A model generated the notes under the pieces. That model had not been told where the DNA came from, ran no database searches, and saw nothing but the letters and a program-made list of their open reading frames with translations. This document shows, one piece after another, positions 28,091 through 38,864 of a stretch of 64,000 bases of DNA (positions are counted from its first letter, which is position 1; each line of letters opens with the position of its first letter). Origin of the DNA: Phormidesmis sp. (GTDB taxonomy: Bacteria > Cyanobacteriota > Cyanobacteriia > Leptolyngbyales > Leptolyngbyaceae); contig CBDFJR010000005.1 of assembly GCA_965248535.1 (NCBI GenBank), positions 1,280,001-1,344,000 of the forward strand, given 5' to 3'. The translations under genes and the position numbers were made by a program.

Positions 28091-28723
28091 ATGACGGTCT
28101 ACATTTATCTACACGGTTTTGCATCAAGTCCACGATCGCGCAAAGCTCAAGAATTGCACGATCGCTTCGCTGCCCTCAATCTAACGCTCCACACCCCCGA
28201 TCTGAATCAAGATGACTTTACTCATCTGACGCTGACTCGCCAGATTCAACAAGTTGGCGCAGGATTTGGGCCGGGTCAGCCTGTCGTGCTCATTGGCTCA
28301 AGTCTCGGCGGGCTAACGGCTGCCTGGGTTGCAGAACAGTGTCTTCAAGTCGAGCGGATAGTTTTGCTAGCGCCTGCCTTTGAGTTTCTCACCCACTGGT
28401 TGCCTAAACTCGGCAATCAACGGTTACGAGCATGGCAGTCTGGAGACCCGCTAATGGTCTATCACTATGGAGCAGAGCGGTTATTGCCTCTAAGTTATGA
28501 GTTTGTAAGGGACTGCGATCGCTACCGTTCATCAACGCTTTTGCAACGACCGATTCCGACTCTGATCCTGCACGGCATTTATGATGACGTGATCCCTGTT
28601 CAGGCAAGTCGCAATTATGCTCAGTCGCGACCCTGGGTAGAGTTAGTTGAGCTGGATAGCGATCACGCTTTGGCAGACGTGAGTTCGGCAATTTGGGGAT
28701 CAATTACTCAGTTTTTATTTTGA
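28091..28723 (+). CDS. YqiA/YcfP-family alpha/beta hydrolase (esterase)
   Basis: YLHGFASSP, GSSLGG nucleophile elbow, HGIYDDVI, SDH. Confidence 0.9.
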   Translation: MTVYIYLHGFASSPRSRKAQELHDRFAALNLTLHTPDLNQDDFTHLTLTRQIQQVGAGFGPGQPVVLIGSSLGGLTAAWVAEQCLQVERIVLLAPAFEFLTHWLPKLGNQRLRAWQSGDPLMVYHYGAERLLPLSYEFVRDCDRYRSSTLLQRPIPTLILHGIYDDVIPVQASRNYAQSRPWVELVELDSDHALADVSSAIWGSITQFLF

Positions 28724-29122
28724 CCGAAATGCTCAAACAATTTGGGGGCACGCCGCCCCAGATGGGTATAAACGACTCTCGCAAACGCAAATTTTTATGA
28801 ATAATTACCTGCTTTCGTCTGATTTTCTCAGGTTCAAGCTATTACAGAAGGGTCACCGATGACTTTAGAAGAATCAAACTTGCGCTCAAAAAAATATTTG
28901 CTAATATCTTAACCACTACCTTGACCTAGACATCTTCTAAAAGCATGGTTTGTTGAGATTAAGCAGTCGCATAATCATCTATCTTGCAAGTGATTAGTTC
29001 AGAGCTTAAGTCAAGTATGTTTGAGCTAACAAGAAATTCACCGTTAGCGTCTGTTCTGAATCCGATCGCTGGTTGATCAAACCAGTTTCCCCGCCCCGAC
29101 TATCGTTCCCAAGGAATTTATT

Positions 29123-29578
29123 ATGGTAGAGCCTGAATTAAAACAAGTGGAATACGCCACCAGTGACGCATCTAGCCTCCTGGTTGAGCCGACCAGCCCC
29201 AACCTTTCGATCGATCAAGCAGGCACTTTGGCTCCGATGGCGACCAGCAGCGAAGGCAGCGAGCAATGGCGAGAAATCGGTGAAAAAGCCTACGCCTTTT
29301 TAGCCCTGCTGCCCGAATATTTAGGCCGGTTTTTCTCTGAATATCGCAAGCCACTCGTGACACTAGGCTTGATTTTTGGCTCGATCGTGTCAGTAAAACT
29401 CACCCTGGCTCTGTTGGGTGCGATCAACGATGTGCCCCTGCTCCAGCCCACGTTTGAGCTAGTGGGGCTGATCTACACCATTTGGTTTGTCTATCGCTAT
29501 TTGCTCAAGGCTTCTAACCGCCAAGAGTTAGGTCAAGAGGTCAACAAGCTCAAGTCTCAAGTGGTTGGCAAACCATAA
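29123..29578 (+). CDS. curT: CURT1/CAAD-domain thylakoid curvature protein
   Basis: CAAD signature AINDVPLLQPTFELVGLIYTIWFVYRYLLKASNRQEL. Confidence 0.85.
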   Translation: MVEPELKQVEYATSDASSLLVEPTSPNLSIDQAGTLAPMATSSEGSEQWREIGEKAYAFLALLPEYLGRFFSEYRKPLVTLGLIFGSIVSVKLTLALLGAINDVPLLQPTFELVGLIYTIWFVYRYLLKASNRQELGQEVNKLKSQVVGKP

Positions 29579-29597
29579 GATTGGTTGGTTTAGCCAC

Positions 29598-29639
29598 ACT
29601 GCCCAAGGGGGTTTAGATAACCGCTTGGGCAGTCTTTTT
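29598..29639 (+). terminator. Probable intrinsic terminator after curT
   Basis: ACTGCCCAAG...CTTGGGCAGT followed by CTTTTT. Confidence 0.7.
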
Positions 29640-29810
29640 AACGGATATTATGTTGCCTGAGATACATAAACCTTGAGCGTTTCTATAGTTCCCATTAAAG
29701 GAAACCCGGTTCTTGAAATGCCTTCCTAAGATAGAAGCAAGGGCACTTAGACCTTCGTACTCTACATACAGGTCTAAGGGAGACCTTAAAACCAGGGAGG
29801 AATCAGACGA

Positions 29811-30872
29811 ATGGTCGAAGCTTATCAACCCCTTGAGCGCGATTACGCTCTCGATCGTGACTGCAAAACTCTCTCCCGTCATGTTTTAGAGCAGCTACAT
29901 AGCTTTTCTGCCGATGCCCAAGACCTGAGCGCGCTGATGAATCGCATCGGTCTAGCTGGAAAGCTGATCGCTCGGCGATTGAGTCGGGCCGGCTTGATGG
30001 AAGGGGTCTTGGGGTTCACAGGTGAGGTGAATGTGCAGGGCGAGTCGGTCAAAAAGATGGATATCTACGCCAATGAGGTGTTTATCTCTGTGTTTAAGCA
30101 AAGCGGCTTGGTTTGCCGTCTAGCCTCCGAAGAGATGGAAGACCCTTACTACATTCCTGAAAACTGCCCCTCTGGGCGCTATACCTTGCTCTATGACCCG
30201 ATCGATGGGTCGTCTAATGTCGATATCAACATCAACGTTGGCTCTATTTTCTCAATTCGTCAGCAAGAAGGCGATGATAGCGACGGCACAGCGCAGGATT
30301 TGTTGCAAGATGGACACAAACAAATCGCCGCAGGCTATATTCTCTACGGGCCGAGCACCATGCTGGTCTATTCGATCGGGCGCGGCGTTCATGCGTTTAC
30401 CCTTGATCCCAGCTTAGGCGAATTTATTCTCTCCAACGAAAACATTCAAACACCAACCCACGGGCCGGTCTATAGCGTCAACGAGGGCAACTTCTGGCAA
30501 TGGGATGAGCCGCTGCGAGACTATATTCGCTATGTGCATCGTCATGAAGGCTACACCGCCCGCTATGGGGGCGCTATGGTGGGTGACTTTCATCGAATTT
30601 TGTTTCAGGGAGGCGTGTTTCTCTATCCCGGCACGGTCAAAAAGCCCGAAGGAAAGCTGCGATTGCTCTATGAGTCAGCGCCCATGGCGTTTTTGATTGA
30701 GCAAGCTGGCGGACGCGCTAGCACGGGCACCCAAGACATTCTAGATGTGATTCCAGACAAGCTTCACGCTCGCACCCCGCTGGTGATTGGCAGCACCGAA
30801 GATGTGACTCTGGTTGAGTCGTTTATCCAAGAGTGTGCCAGAGAGCGAGAAGAGTTGATGGCCAAGCGCTAG
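29811..30872 (+). CDS. fbp: Class 1 fructose-1,6-bisphosphatase
   Basis: [13 protein letters not shown] and GKLRLLYE motifs. Confidence 0.96.
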   Translation: MVEAYQPLERDYALDRDCKTLSRHVLEQLHSFSADAQDLSALMNRIGLAGKLIARRLSRAGLMEGVLGFTGEVNVQGESVKKMDIYANEVFISVFKQSGLVCRLASEEMEDPYYIPENCPSGRYTLLYDPIDGSSNVDININVGSIFSIRQQEGDDSDGTAQDLLQDGHKQIAAGYILYGPSTMLVYSIGRGVHAFTLDPSLGEFILSNENIQTPTHGPVYSVNEGNFWQWDEPLRDYIRYVHRHEGYTARYGGAMVGDFHRILFQGGVFLYPGTVKKPEGKLRLLYESAPMAFLIEQAGGRASTGTQDILDVIPDKLHARTPLVIGSTEDVTLVESFIQECAREREELMAKR

Positions 30873-30940
30873 AGATGTTAGACGGTTAAGCTGATTTCGC
30901 CTCAAGCCTCAAAATTATTCACGTTAGGAGTACCTCTCAA

Positions 30941-32092
30941 ATGACCACAGCAAATCATCTGTTAGAAATCAAAGACTACGGTCAAAGCATCTGGATGGAT
31001 AATTTGAATCGTGATTTGATTCAGTCGGGCGAACTGAAGCGCATGATCGAGACCGAAGGGCTGCGAGGCATCACCTCAAACCCAGCGATTTTTGAGAAGG
31101 CGATCGTGGGCAACAAAATCTACGACGAAGATATCGAAGCGGGGATCAGAGCCGGAAAATCGCTGATGGATATCTACGAATCCCTAGTGTTTAAGGATAT
31201 CCGCGACGCGTGTGACATCTTTTTGCCCGTCTATGAAGAGTCGGACGGGCTGGATGGCTACATCAGCATTGAGGTGCCGCCGACGATCGCCGACAATACT
31301 GAATCCACCATTTCAGAAGCGCGTCGCTACTACAAAGAGATCGGTCGTCCCAACGTGATGATCAAAATTCCCGGCACGCCCGAAGGGTTGCCTGCGGTTG
31401 AGCAAGTGATCGCAGATGGCATCAACGTTAATGTGACGCTGCTGTTCTCTGTGCAAAGCTATATCAACACGGCCTGGGCCTACGTCCGGGGTCTAGAGGC
31501 GCGAGTCGCCAAGGGCGAAGACATCAGCAAAATTGCCTCGGTCGCCAGTTTCTTCTTGAGCCGGATTGACAGCAACATCGACGATCGCATTGATGCCATT
31601 CTCGCCAAAGGCGTAGATCAGCTCCCCCAAGAAGCCAAGCTGAGAGCCATTAAAGGCAAAGTCGCGATCGCCAATGCCAAAGTTGCCTATCAAGAATATA
31701 AAAAGGTGATTGAGCACGATCGTTGGTTAGCGCTGAAAGAAAAAGGTGCAAACGTGCAGCGACTATTGTGGGCCAGCACAGGCACCAAAAACCCCGACTA
31801 TAGCGATGTCATGTATGTCGATGAATTGGTTGGCCCTGATACAGTCAATACGTTGCCACCTGCTACGATCAAAGCCTGTGAAGACCACTGCAACGCTGCT
31901 AGCCGCATCGAAACGGACGTTGATGAAGCCTATAACTTGATCAACAGCCTCAAAGATCCCGATGTGGATATCAACCTGTCTGAAGTCATGAACGAACTGC
32001 TCGTGGACGGGATCGATAAATTTATCAAGCCCTTTGAGTCTCTGATGAGTTCGCTTCAAGAAAAGGTCGATCGGTTGGCAACCGTTCAATAA
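30941..32092 (+). CDS. tal: Transaldolase
   Basis: GITSNPAIF, VMIKIPGT, NVTLLFS and RLLWASTG motifs. Confidence 0.96.
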   Translation: MTTANHLLEIKDYGQSIWMDNLNRDLIQSGELKRMIETEGLRGITSNPAIFEKAIVGNKIYDEDIEAGIRAGKSLMDIYESLVFKDIRDACDIFLPVYEESDGLDGYISIEVPPTIADNTESTISEARRYYKEIGRPNVMIKIPGTPEGLPAVEQVIADGINVNVTLLFSVQSYINTAWAYVRGLEARVAKGEDISKIASVASFFLSRIDSNIDDRIDAILAKGVDQLPQEAKLRAIKGKVAIANAKVAYQEYKKVIEHDRWLALKEKGANVQRLLWASTGTKNPDYSDVMYVDELVGPDTVNTLPPATIKACEDHCNAASRIETDVDEAYNLINSLKDPDVDINLSEVMNELLVDGIDKFIKPFESLMSSLQEKVDRLATVQ

Positions 32093-32175
32093 AGCCCTCA
32101 GGGTAAAGGGTGCCTACTCACTGCGCTCTTTACCCTCCCGCTGATCTTTTTTTATTCTTTATTTTTGCCCCATTT

Positions 32176-33705
32176 ATGGTTACTTTGCTCGAAAATCCGC
32201 TCCGCGTTGGGCTACAGCAGCAGCGAATGCCCGAACCCAATATTGTTGTGTTTTTCGGCGCGTCTGGAGACTTGACTAAACGCAAACTCGTCCCGGCGCT
32301 CTATCACCTAAAACGAGAGCGGCGACTGCCTCCAGAGTTGACGATCGTGGGCGTAGCTCGTCGCCCTTGGAGCGATGACTACTTTCGTGAGCAGATGCGC
32401 GAAGGGGTCGAGCAGTTTTCAGATGGGGTGGAGTCAGAAGCCGCCTGGGAAGATTTTGCCAAGGGTCTATTCTACTGCCCTGGCGATATCGACGATCCTG
32501 AAAGCTATCAAACGTTGAAGACCCGGCTTGCGGAGCTAGATGAGAAACGCGGCACCAGAGGCAATCGGGTCTTTTATCTGGCCGTCGCCCCTAACTTCTT
32601 TCCAGAAGCGATTCGCCAACTGGGAGCCTCTGAGATGCTCAAAGATTCCCAGAAGACTCGCCTAGTGATTGAAAAACCCTTTGGCCGCGATCTCCGCTCG
32701 GCTCAACAACTCAACCGAGTGGTCAATCAGGTCTGCAAAGAAGAGCAGGTCTACCGCATTGACCATTACCTGGGCAAAGAAACCGTTCAAAACCTGATGG
32801 TGTTTCGGTTTGCTAACGCCATCTTTGAGCCGCTGTGGAATCGTCAATTTGTCGATCACGTTCAAATCACCGTCGCTGAAACTGTCGGGGTCGAAGATCG
32901 TGCGGGCTATTACGAGTCTGCGGGGGCCCTGCGCGACATGGTGCAAAATCACCTGATGCAGCTATTTTGTCTAACGGCAATGGAGCCGCCTAACGCCCTA
33001 GACGCTGACAGCATTCGCACCGAAAAGGTAAAGGTGATTCAGGCGACTCACCTAGCCGATGTCAATCACTTAGAATATTCGGCAATTCGGGGTCAATATT
33101 CAGCCGGGTGGATGAAGGGCAAACAGGTTCCCGGCTATCGCACCGAGCCAGGCGTTAATCCCGACTCGACCACGCCCACTTATGTCGCCATGAAGTTTAT
33201 GGTCGATAACTGGCGGTGGCAGGGGGTTCCGTTCTATCTGCGAACGGGCAAACGGTTGCCTAAAAAAGTGTCAGAAATTTCGATTCAGTTCCGCGAAGTG
33301 CCCTATCTGATCTTTCAGTCAGCGGCCCAGCAGACCAATGCTAATGTGCTGACGATGCGAATTCAGCCCAATGAGGGCATTGCGATGCGATTTGAGGTCA
33401 AAATGCCGGGGGCAGATCTGCGATCGCGCTCCGTCGAAATGGACTTCAGCTATGGCACCTCGTTTGGTGTGACAGGGGGCGAGGCCTACGATCGGCTCTT
33501 GCTAGACTGCATGATGGGCGACCAAACGCTCTTCACCCGCTCTGACGAAGTAGAAGCCGCATGGCGAGTCGTCACCCCTGCCCTCAACGTTTGGGAATCT
33601 CCTACCGATCCCGCTACAATCCCTCAATATGAAGCAGGCACCTGGGAACCCTCAGAAGCTGAACTGCTGATCAACCGCGACGGCCGCCGCTGGCGAAGAC
33701 TCTAA
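32176..33705 (+). CDS. zwf: Glucose-6-phosphate dehydrogenase
   Basis: GASGDL, EKPFG and RIDHYLGKE motifs; start placed at ATG 32176. Confidence 0.97.
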   Translation: MVTLLENPLRVGLQQQRMPEPNIVVFFGASGDLTKRKLVPALYHLKRERRLPPELTIVGVARRPWSDDYFREQMREGVEQFSDGVESEAAWEDFAKGLFYCPGDIDDPESYQTLKTRLAELDEKRGTRGNRVFYLAVAPNFFPEAIRQLGASEMLKDSQKTRLVIEKPFGRDLRSAQQLNRVVNQVCKEEQVYRIDHYLGKETVQNLMVFRFANAIFEPLWNRQFVDHVQITVAETVGVEDRAGYYESAGALRDMVQNHLMQLFCLTAMEPPNALDADSIRTEKVKVIQATHLADVNHLEYSAIRGQYSAGWMKGKQVPGYRTEPGVNPDSTTPTYVAMKFMVDNWRWQGVPFYLRTGKRLPKKVSEISIQFREVPYLIFQSAAQQTNANVLTMRIQPNEGIAMRFEVKMPGADLRSRSVEMDFSYGTSFGVTGGEAYDRLLLDCMMGDQTLFTRSDEVEAAWRVVTPALNVWESPTDPATIPQYEAGTWEPSEAELLINRDGRRWRRL

Positions 33706-33741
33706 CGATTTTAGAAAATCTAACCTCTCCTACTTCTCTCT

Positions 33742-35121
33742 ATGGCTACCCAATCTCCTTTTCTTGTTCCTCTGCAATCGTTGCAAGCGCCCAAAGACGT
33801 TTCTCTCAGCGAAATTGAGGCAGAACTTGCCAAAATTTGGCAGAGCTACAGTGTCGCTAGTGATGACGGCACCACGCTTGCCGCTACAAGGGCTGCCACC
33901 TTTACGCTGGTGGTTTATGAGCCAGAAGAAACTCAGCAACTGCTGGCAGCCCTGGGGTTTTATACCGGCCCGGTCGATGGCATCGGCGGGCCTCGCACCG
34001 AAGCGGCCATTCGAGCGGCTGAGTCGAGCTTAGGTCTCAAACCCGATGGCAAAGCGAGTCCGGCGCTGCTAGCAAAACTTCGGGAATCCCTAGCTAAGAA
34101 GAGCAACTCAGTCGCCGACGGTGAGGCAACCCGATCGTCAACCTATGCCTTAGACGCAGCCGGGGCTGGGATCGCAGACGCGATCGCCACTCAAAATCCC
34201 TGTCGCATCATCTCCCTGTTTCCCGTGGCCGGAGAAGATGAAGGTGTCACGGCTCAAGTGTCTGCCTATTGCCCCATCAATAAGCAGAGCCGCAACTCCC
34301 TAGTGTGTGGCGAATACATCATGCTCAAGGGAACGGAAAGCGCCTTAGAGCGGGTGTCTAGCATGGTCTCCTCCCTAGTCATGGGCGAGTTGCCCAGCAT
34401 TCTCTGGTGGAAAGCCACGCCTAGCACCGATCAAGAACTGTTCGATCGGTTGTCTAAAACTTGCACCGCTGTCGCCGTAGACTCTAGCCACTTCATGACC
34501 GATCCCGAAGGCGATCTGCTCAAAGTAGCCAATCTGATTCAAAAACAAGTGCAGGTAGCTGACCTCAACTGGCGACGACTCGCTGCCTGGCAAGAATTAA
34601 CTGCCGAGGCGTTTGATCCCCCAGAGCGCAGAGCCGCCATTCGGGAAGTCGATCGCGTTGTGATTGACTATGAAAAAGGTAACTCGACCCAGGCGCTGAT
34701 GTTTTTGGGTTGGCTGGCAAGTCGGCTCAACTGGGAGCCAGTTTCACGATCGAAAGAAGATGACATCTATGAACTTCAGCGCATTCACCTAACGGCGGCT
34801 GACGGACGGGCGATCGAGGTTGAGCTTGCTGCCATTCCGACGGCTGACACGGGTGAAGTCACGGGCGATCTGGTGAGCCTTAAACTCACGTCTACTAACC
34901 TCAACGCCGACTGCTGCACGGTTCTCTGTTCTGAGACGACGGGCTGTATGCGAATGGAGGCGGGCGGTGGTGCCCAATCGTGCCGCATTAATCAGGTGAC
35001 TCCGCTGGATGACCAAAAAGCTGAAACGCTTTTGGGTGAGCAGCTTCAGCGTCTAGGTCAAGATGTGCTGTTTGAGGAAAGTTTAGCGGTAACAGCAAAA
35101 ATATTGGCGATCGCTGCCTAA
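33742..35121 (+). CDS. opcA: G6PDH assembly/allosteric protein OpcA (with peptidoglycan-binding-like insert)
   Basis: Follows zwf; NPCRII, DLNWRRL..WQEL; insert GFYTGPVDGIGGPRT. Confidence 0.93.
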   Translation: MATQSPFLVPLQSLQAPKDVSLSEIEAELAKIWQSYSVASDDGTTLAATRAATFTLVVYEPEETQQLLAALGFYTGPVDGIGGPRTEAAIRAAESSLGLKPDGKASPALLAKLRESLAKKSNSVADGEATRSSTYALDAAGAGIADAIATQNPCRIISLFPVAGEDEGVTAQVSAYCPINKQSRNSLVCGEYIMLKGTESALERVSSMVSSLVMGELPSILWWKATPSTDQELFDRLSKTCTAVAVDSSHFMTDPEGDLLKVANLIQKQVQVADLNWRRLAAWQELTAEAFDPPERRAAIREVDRVVIDYEKGNSTQALMFLGWLASRLNWEPVSRSKEDDIYELQRIHLTAADGRAIEVELAAIPTADTGEVTGDLVSLKLTSTNLNADCCTVLCSETTGCMRMEAGGGAQSCRINQVTPLDDQKAETLLGEQLQRLGQDVLFEESLAVTAKILAIAA

Positions 35122-35190
35122 GTTTCTCTAGAGATTCTAACGTTGAGAGACGTTACTCTGTGCATTCTCAACGTTAGTCTTTAAATACTC

Positions 35191-36165
35191 ATGGAGCACT
35201 CAAGCCTCTCCATCTACCCCAAATTCAACGAGCCTATGGTCGGGTCGGTCGAGCAAATTTCGCAGCAGCTTGTTGCCCTAGACCAGCAGGTGGCTGATAT
35301 GGGCGAAAGATTGCATCAAACTTATGTCAGCTATCTGACGACGCTGGGTCAAGCCGTTCGACAGCAGTTGATCTTGTCGTGCTATCAGGTCTGCACTGAG
35401 AGCTATCCCCAGCAGTTTTTGCAGTTGTCTCTCGGTCAGCGCCAGCGGTTTCAGCAGTCAGTCAGAGATTTGGCTAGTCAGAGTCAAGCAGAGCTATTGG
35501 CGCAACTTCAGCCCGTCGGATTTGACAGCACAGCCTCGATCGACGAGTCTGATGATGAAGAGTCTGATGAGGAAGAGGAAGACTCTGACGCAGCGCTTGA
35601 TGCTTCAGATCGAGAGATAGACAGCGCTCTAGAGAGCCATCAAAACGAACTCGAATTTCTCCTGTCTGCTCCGTCCTTGAGCAAGCCTACCCAGCCCCTG
35701 ACCCCACTAGACGCTTTGGTGCGGTGGCAAGAAATCTTAGAGACTGCGATCGCCAAAAAACTCCAGACCACCTCTCACGCGGCCAACCTGCTGTTGCAGC
35801 AGTCAGAAATTTTGCCCAAACGTTTGCCAGAGCCAGTCTTAAAGGCGGCTGCTAACGCCGGGGGCGATGACCCGATCGCAGGCAATGCCAATCTCCTCAA
35901 CTTGCTGGTTGAAGCCACCGACGAACTAGGGCTAGGGCCAGGTCGATCTAAAAAATCAGGTTCATCACTGTTGCATCTCGTGGCGATTCAGCTACGCTTG
36001 TCTGAGATTGAGTTTAACGACTCAACCGCGATGGTGTGGCGCAACAAACTGCGCGATCTCAAGAAACAGCTTCAGACGTTGGGGCGAGACTATCAAAAAA
36101 AGCACCAAGAACGAGCGATCGCCCAAGCCCAAGATGCGTGGCGATCGACGTGGACAAACGACTAA
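35191..36165 (+). CDS. Hypothetical coiled-coil protein with an acidic tract
   Basis: 324-aa ORF containing DESDDEESDEEEED; start may be 35236. Confidence 0.7.
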   Translation: MEHSSLSIYPKFNEPMVGSVEQISQQLVALDQQVADMGERLHQTYVSYLTTLGQAVRQQLILSCYQVCTESYPQQFLQLSLGQRQRFQQSVRDLASQSQAELLAQLQPVGFDSTASIDESDDEESDEEEEDSDAALDASDREIDSALESHQNELEFLLSAPSLSKPTQPLTPLDALVRWQEILETAIAKKLQTTSHAANLLLQQSEILPKRLPEPVLKAAANAGGDDPIAGNANLLNLLVEATDELGLGPGRSKKSGSSLLHLVAIQLRLSEIEFNDSTAMVWRNKLRDLKKQLQTLGRDYQKKHQERAIAQAQDAWRSTWTND

Positions 36166-36245
36166 CCCTCGTTTCTTTCTCAAGAGACTGATCAAAGTCC
36201 TCGCTCCCTGCCTATGCTGAAGAAGAATAGAGAAAGGAAATCTGC

Positions 36246-37163
36246 ATGGTGTCTAGTCAGGGGATCAAAATCGCGGTTGTTGGAGACATTCATGATCTGT
36301 GGGATCACGAAGATGAGGCAGCACTCAACGCATTAGGCGTTGACTTAGTTCTGCTGGTGGGAGACTTTGGCAACGAATCGGTAGAGGTGGTGCGATCAAT
36401 TGCTCAGATGACGTTGCCTAAAGCGGCAATTTTGGGCAACCACGATGCCTGGTATAACGCCACCGACTGGGGCATTCAACAATGTCCCTACGATCGCACC
36501 CAAGAAGACCGGGTGCAGCAGCAGATCGATCTGCTGGGCGACGCAAATGTGGGCTATGGCAAGCTTGATTTACCAGAGTTTCACCTCAGTGTGGTGGGCA
36601 GTCGCCCCTTTAGCTGGGGTGGGTCAGTCTGGAAAAACAATCGATTCTATCGCACTCGCTGCGGGGTGAAAAACTTCTCAGACTCGATCGATCACATCGC
36701 GGCGGCGGCTGAGGCGGCAGCTTATGAAACCGTGATTTTCGTCGGACATAACGGGCCGACTGGGTTAGGCGACCTGCCCGAAGACCCCTGTGGCAAAGAT
36801 TGGCAGCCCATTGGGGGCGATCACGGCGATCCTGACTTTGAACAAGCGATCGCTAAAACTCGATTGTTGGGCAAATCGATTCCCCTCGTCACGTTTGGGC
36901 ATATGCACCACACGTTGCGCCACACTAAACAGCAGCTTCGTCGCGCTATTCACACCAGTTCAGACGGGACGGTTTATTTAAATGCGGCTCGCGTGCCTCG
37001 GATAGTGCAGAATGAAGGCGATCGCTTGAGAAATTTTTCTTTAGTCACCCTGCAATTTGGCAGCGTGTCGGAAGCTTCTCTGGTCTGGGTCAATCAAGCC
37101 TTTAAAATTGTCTCAGAGACGGTGCTCTATAGGGCTGAATCGATCGCCGAATCGCTGGCCTAG
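36246..37163 (+). CDS. Metallophosphoesterase (DevT/TIGR04168-like)
   Basis: GDIH, GDFGNE, GNHD and GHMHH motifs. Confidence 0.88.
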   Translation: MVSSQGIKIAVVGDIHDLWDHEDEAALNALGVDLVLLVGDFGNESVEVVRSIAQMTLPKAAILGNHDAWYNATDWGIQQCPYDRTQEDRVQQQIDLLGDANVGYGKLDLPEFHLSVVGSRPFSWGGSVWKNNRFYRTRCGVKNFSDSIDHIAAAAEAAAYETVIFVGHNGPTGLGDLPEDPCGKDWQPIGGDHGDPDFEQAIAKTRLLGKSIPLVTFGHMHHTLRHTKQQLRRAIHTSSDGTVYLNAARVPRIVQNEGDRLRNFSLVTLQFGSVSEASLVWVNQAFKIVSETVLYRAESIAESLA

Positions 37164-37891
37164 AGCGTGTCAAACAAAACCGTCGTCATGTAGCGCTCTG
37201 CCCACGCTTCCCCAAACGCTTTTTCTAAGACGCGGCGGGTTTTATCGTTTTGCTGCTGGCGATCGCAATAGTAGCGCTGTCTAGCTAAGATTTCTGCCTC
37301 GCGCTCTGGCGTGGGTTGAGTCGCGATCGCCCGTTGACAGTGCAAGTCTAAATAGCTCTCGACTCGCGCTAAGAAGGCTGTCTCTTCTGCCTCATTGCTC
37401 GGACGCACAAACAGACAAAACCCGGAAAAAATATCGCCCCATTCTGGAAGCTCACGGCGCTGACTAAACGTCAGGTCGGGCAACCCCGATAAAGCGGTCT
37501 GATAGGCAGTGGGTAGAGTACGATCGTGGCTAGTGGGCGAGAGATCAGCGATTGCCATGCCGATTTGACTGCGACCGCTCACTAGGTCTACCCCAAACAT
37601 TGGTAGGGCATAGTCCGATCGGGGAAACATAACGCAGTGCAGAATGTCTAGCATTGTCCCCACTTTGGCCAGTTCTATGTGAAGTTTGCGAAATTGAGGA
37701 GTCTGATAACAACGATTTTCAATAATCAGCTTTTCCTCGTCCATTCGCCCTTCGACATAGCCCAGATCATCTGGCAAATAGTAGGGCGAAAGATCTAAAT
37801 AACGGTGCCAAACTGCCTCTATTTTATCGGCTAACCTGCGAATTAATGGGTGTTGCTGCTCACGCAAAGAAGAGGTTGAGAGAGGAACCAT
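37160..37891 (-). CDS. pcyA: Phycocyanobilin:ferredoxin oxidoreductase
   Basis: FRKLHIELA, ILHCVMFP, FGVDLV and QQQNDKTRRVLEKAFG motifs. Confidence 0.95.
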   Translation of the reverse strand: MVPLSTSSLREQQHPLIRRLADKIEAVWHRYLDLSPYYLPDDLGYVEGRMDEEKLIIENRCYQTPQFRKLHIELAKVGTMLDILHCVMFPRSDYALPMFGVDLVSGRSQIGMAIADLSPTSHDRTLPTAYQTALSGLPDLTFSQRRELPEWGDIFSGFCLFVRPSNEAEETAFLARVESYLDLHCQRAIATQPTPEREAEILARQRYYCDRQQQNDKTRRVLEKAFGEAWAERYMTTVLFDTL

Positions 37892-37990
37892 AGTGAAAGC
37901 AAAGACAACGTTTTGAGACCTTCTTAAAGGATATCAGCTTGCTGCGAGCGATCGGGCAACGTTACAAACCCTGTAAAACTTACCGAGACT

Positions 37991-38791
37991 ATGGCTGGAC
38001 AGATATTGGGCGATCGCTATGAGATAGAAGGAGAGTTAGGGCGGCAAGCGGGACGATGGACGCTATTAGCGCGAGATCTCAACACTCAAGAACAGGTCGT
38101 GATCAAGCTGCTGTGTCCCGAAGAAGATCTGCGATCGAGCGATCTGAAACTATTTGAGCGCGAGGCCGAAACCCTCAAAGCCCTCTCTCACCCCTGTGTG
38201 CCCCAATATCTGGGCTATTTTGAGCATCGATTGCCTGTGGGCAGAGCGCTAGCGCTGGTGCAAAGCTACGTGCCCGGAAAGTCTCTAGATGAATGTATCA
38301 GAATCGGGCGCACCTTCACTGAAGAAGAGGCCAAGCAAATTGCAAAATCGCTGCTCTACATTCTCATCTATCTACATGGACGGCAGCAGCCAACGGTGCA
38401 TCGTGATATCAAGCCCAGCAACATTGTGCTGGCGCAGCGTCGCACTCATCTCGTTAATTTTGGCTCAGTGAAGATGCTGCTGAGTTCCGATCGCTCGACC
38501 TTTACCCTGATGGAGGCTCACGACTATATGCCGCCAGAGCAATATGCGGGTCGGGCGTTGACTGTTTCTGACCTCTATAGTCTCGGCGCAACTCTGATTG
38601 CCATTATCACAGGCAAATCTCCGTCTCAGTTGCCGCGTAAGGGCACTAAATTAGACTTTCAGCAAATCGTTGACTTGAGTCCGGCGTTTGCCGATTGGTT
38701 GAGTTGGCTGACTGAGACCAGTCTCGATCGTCGCCTGCAATCTGCCAAGCAATCCCTGCAAGTCTTAGAGTCAGGGCAAAGAAGAGCCTAA
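37991..38791 (+). CDS. Hanks-type Ser/Thr kinase domain protein (DFG replaced by NFG)
   Basis: VVIK, FEREA, HRDIKPSN, YMPPEQ and SDLYSLG motifs; LVNFGS at the DFG position. Confidence 0.85.
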   Translation: MAGQILGDRYEIEGELGRQAGRWTLLARDLNTQEQVVIKLLCPEEDLRSSDLKLFEREAETLKALSHPCVPQYLGYFEHRLPVGRALALVQSYVPGKSLDECIRIGRTFTEEEAKQIAKSLLYILIYLHGRQQPTVHRDIKPSNIVLAQRRTHLVNFGSVKMLLSSDRSTFTLMEAHDYMPPEQYAGRALTVSDLYSLGATLIAIITGKSPSQLPRKGTKLDFQQIVDLSPAFADWLSWLTETSLDRRLQSAKQSLQVLESGQRRA

Positions 38792-38864
38792 CCAGGCAAC
38801 CAACGACGCAAAAGACCCGATCAGATTGACGTTAAAATGGGTGTTTCATTGAGAGGCAACCCTC

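Noticed and set aside
29651..29666. NtcA-like site TGTT-N8-TACA upstream of fbp
   Set aside because: One mismatch in the GTA triplet, and the nearest -10-like hexamer is not at the usual spacing.
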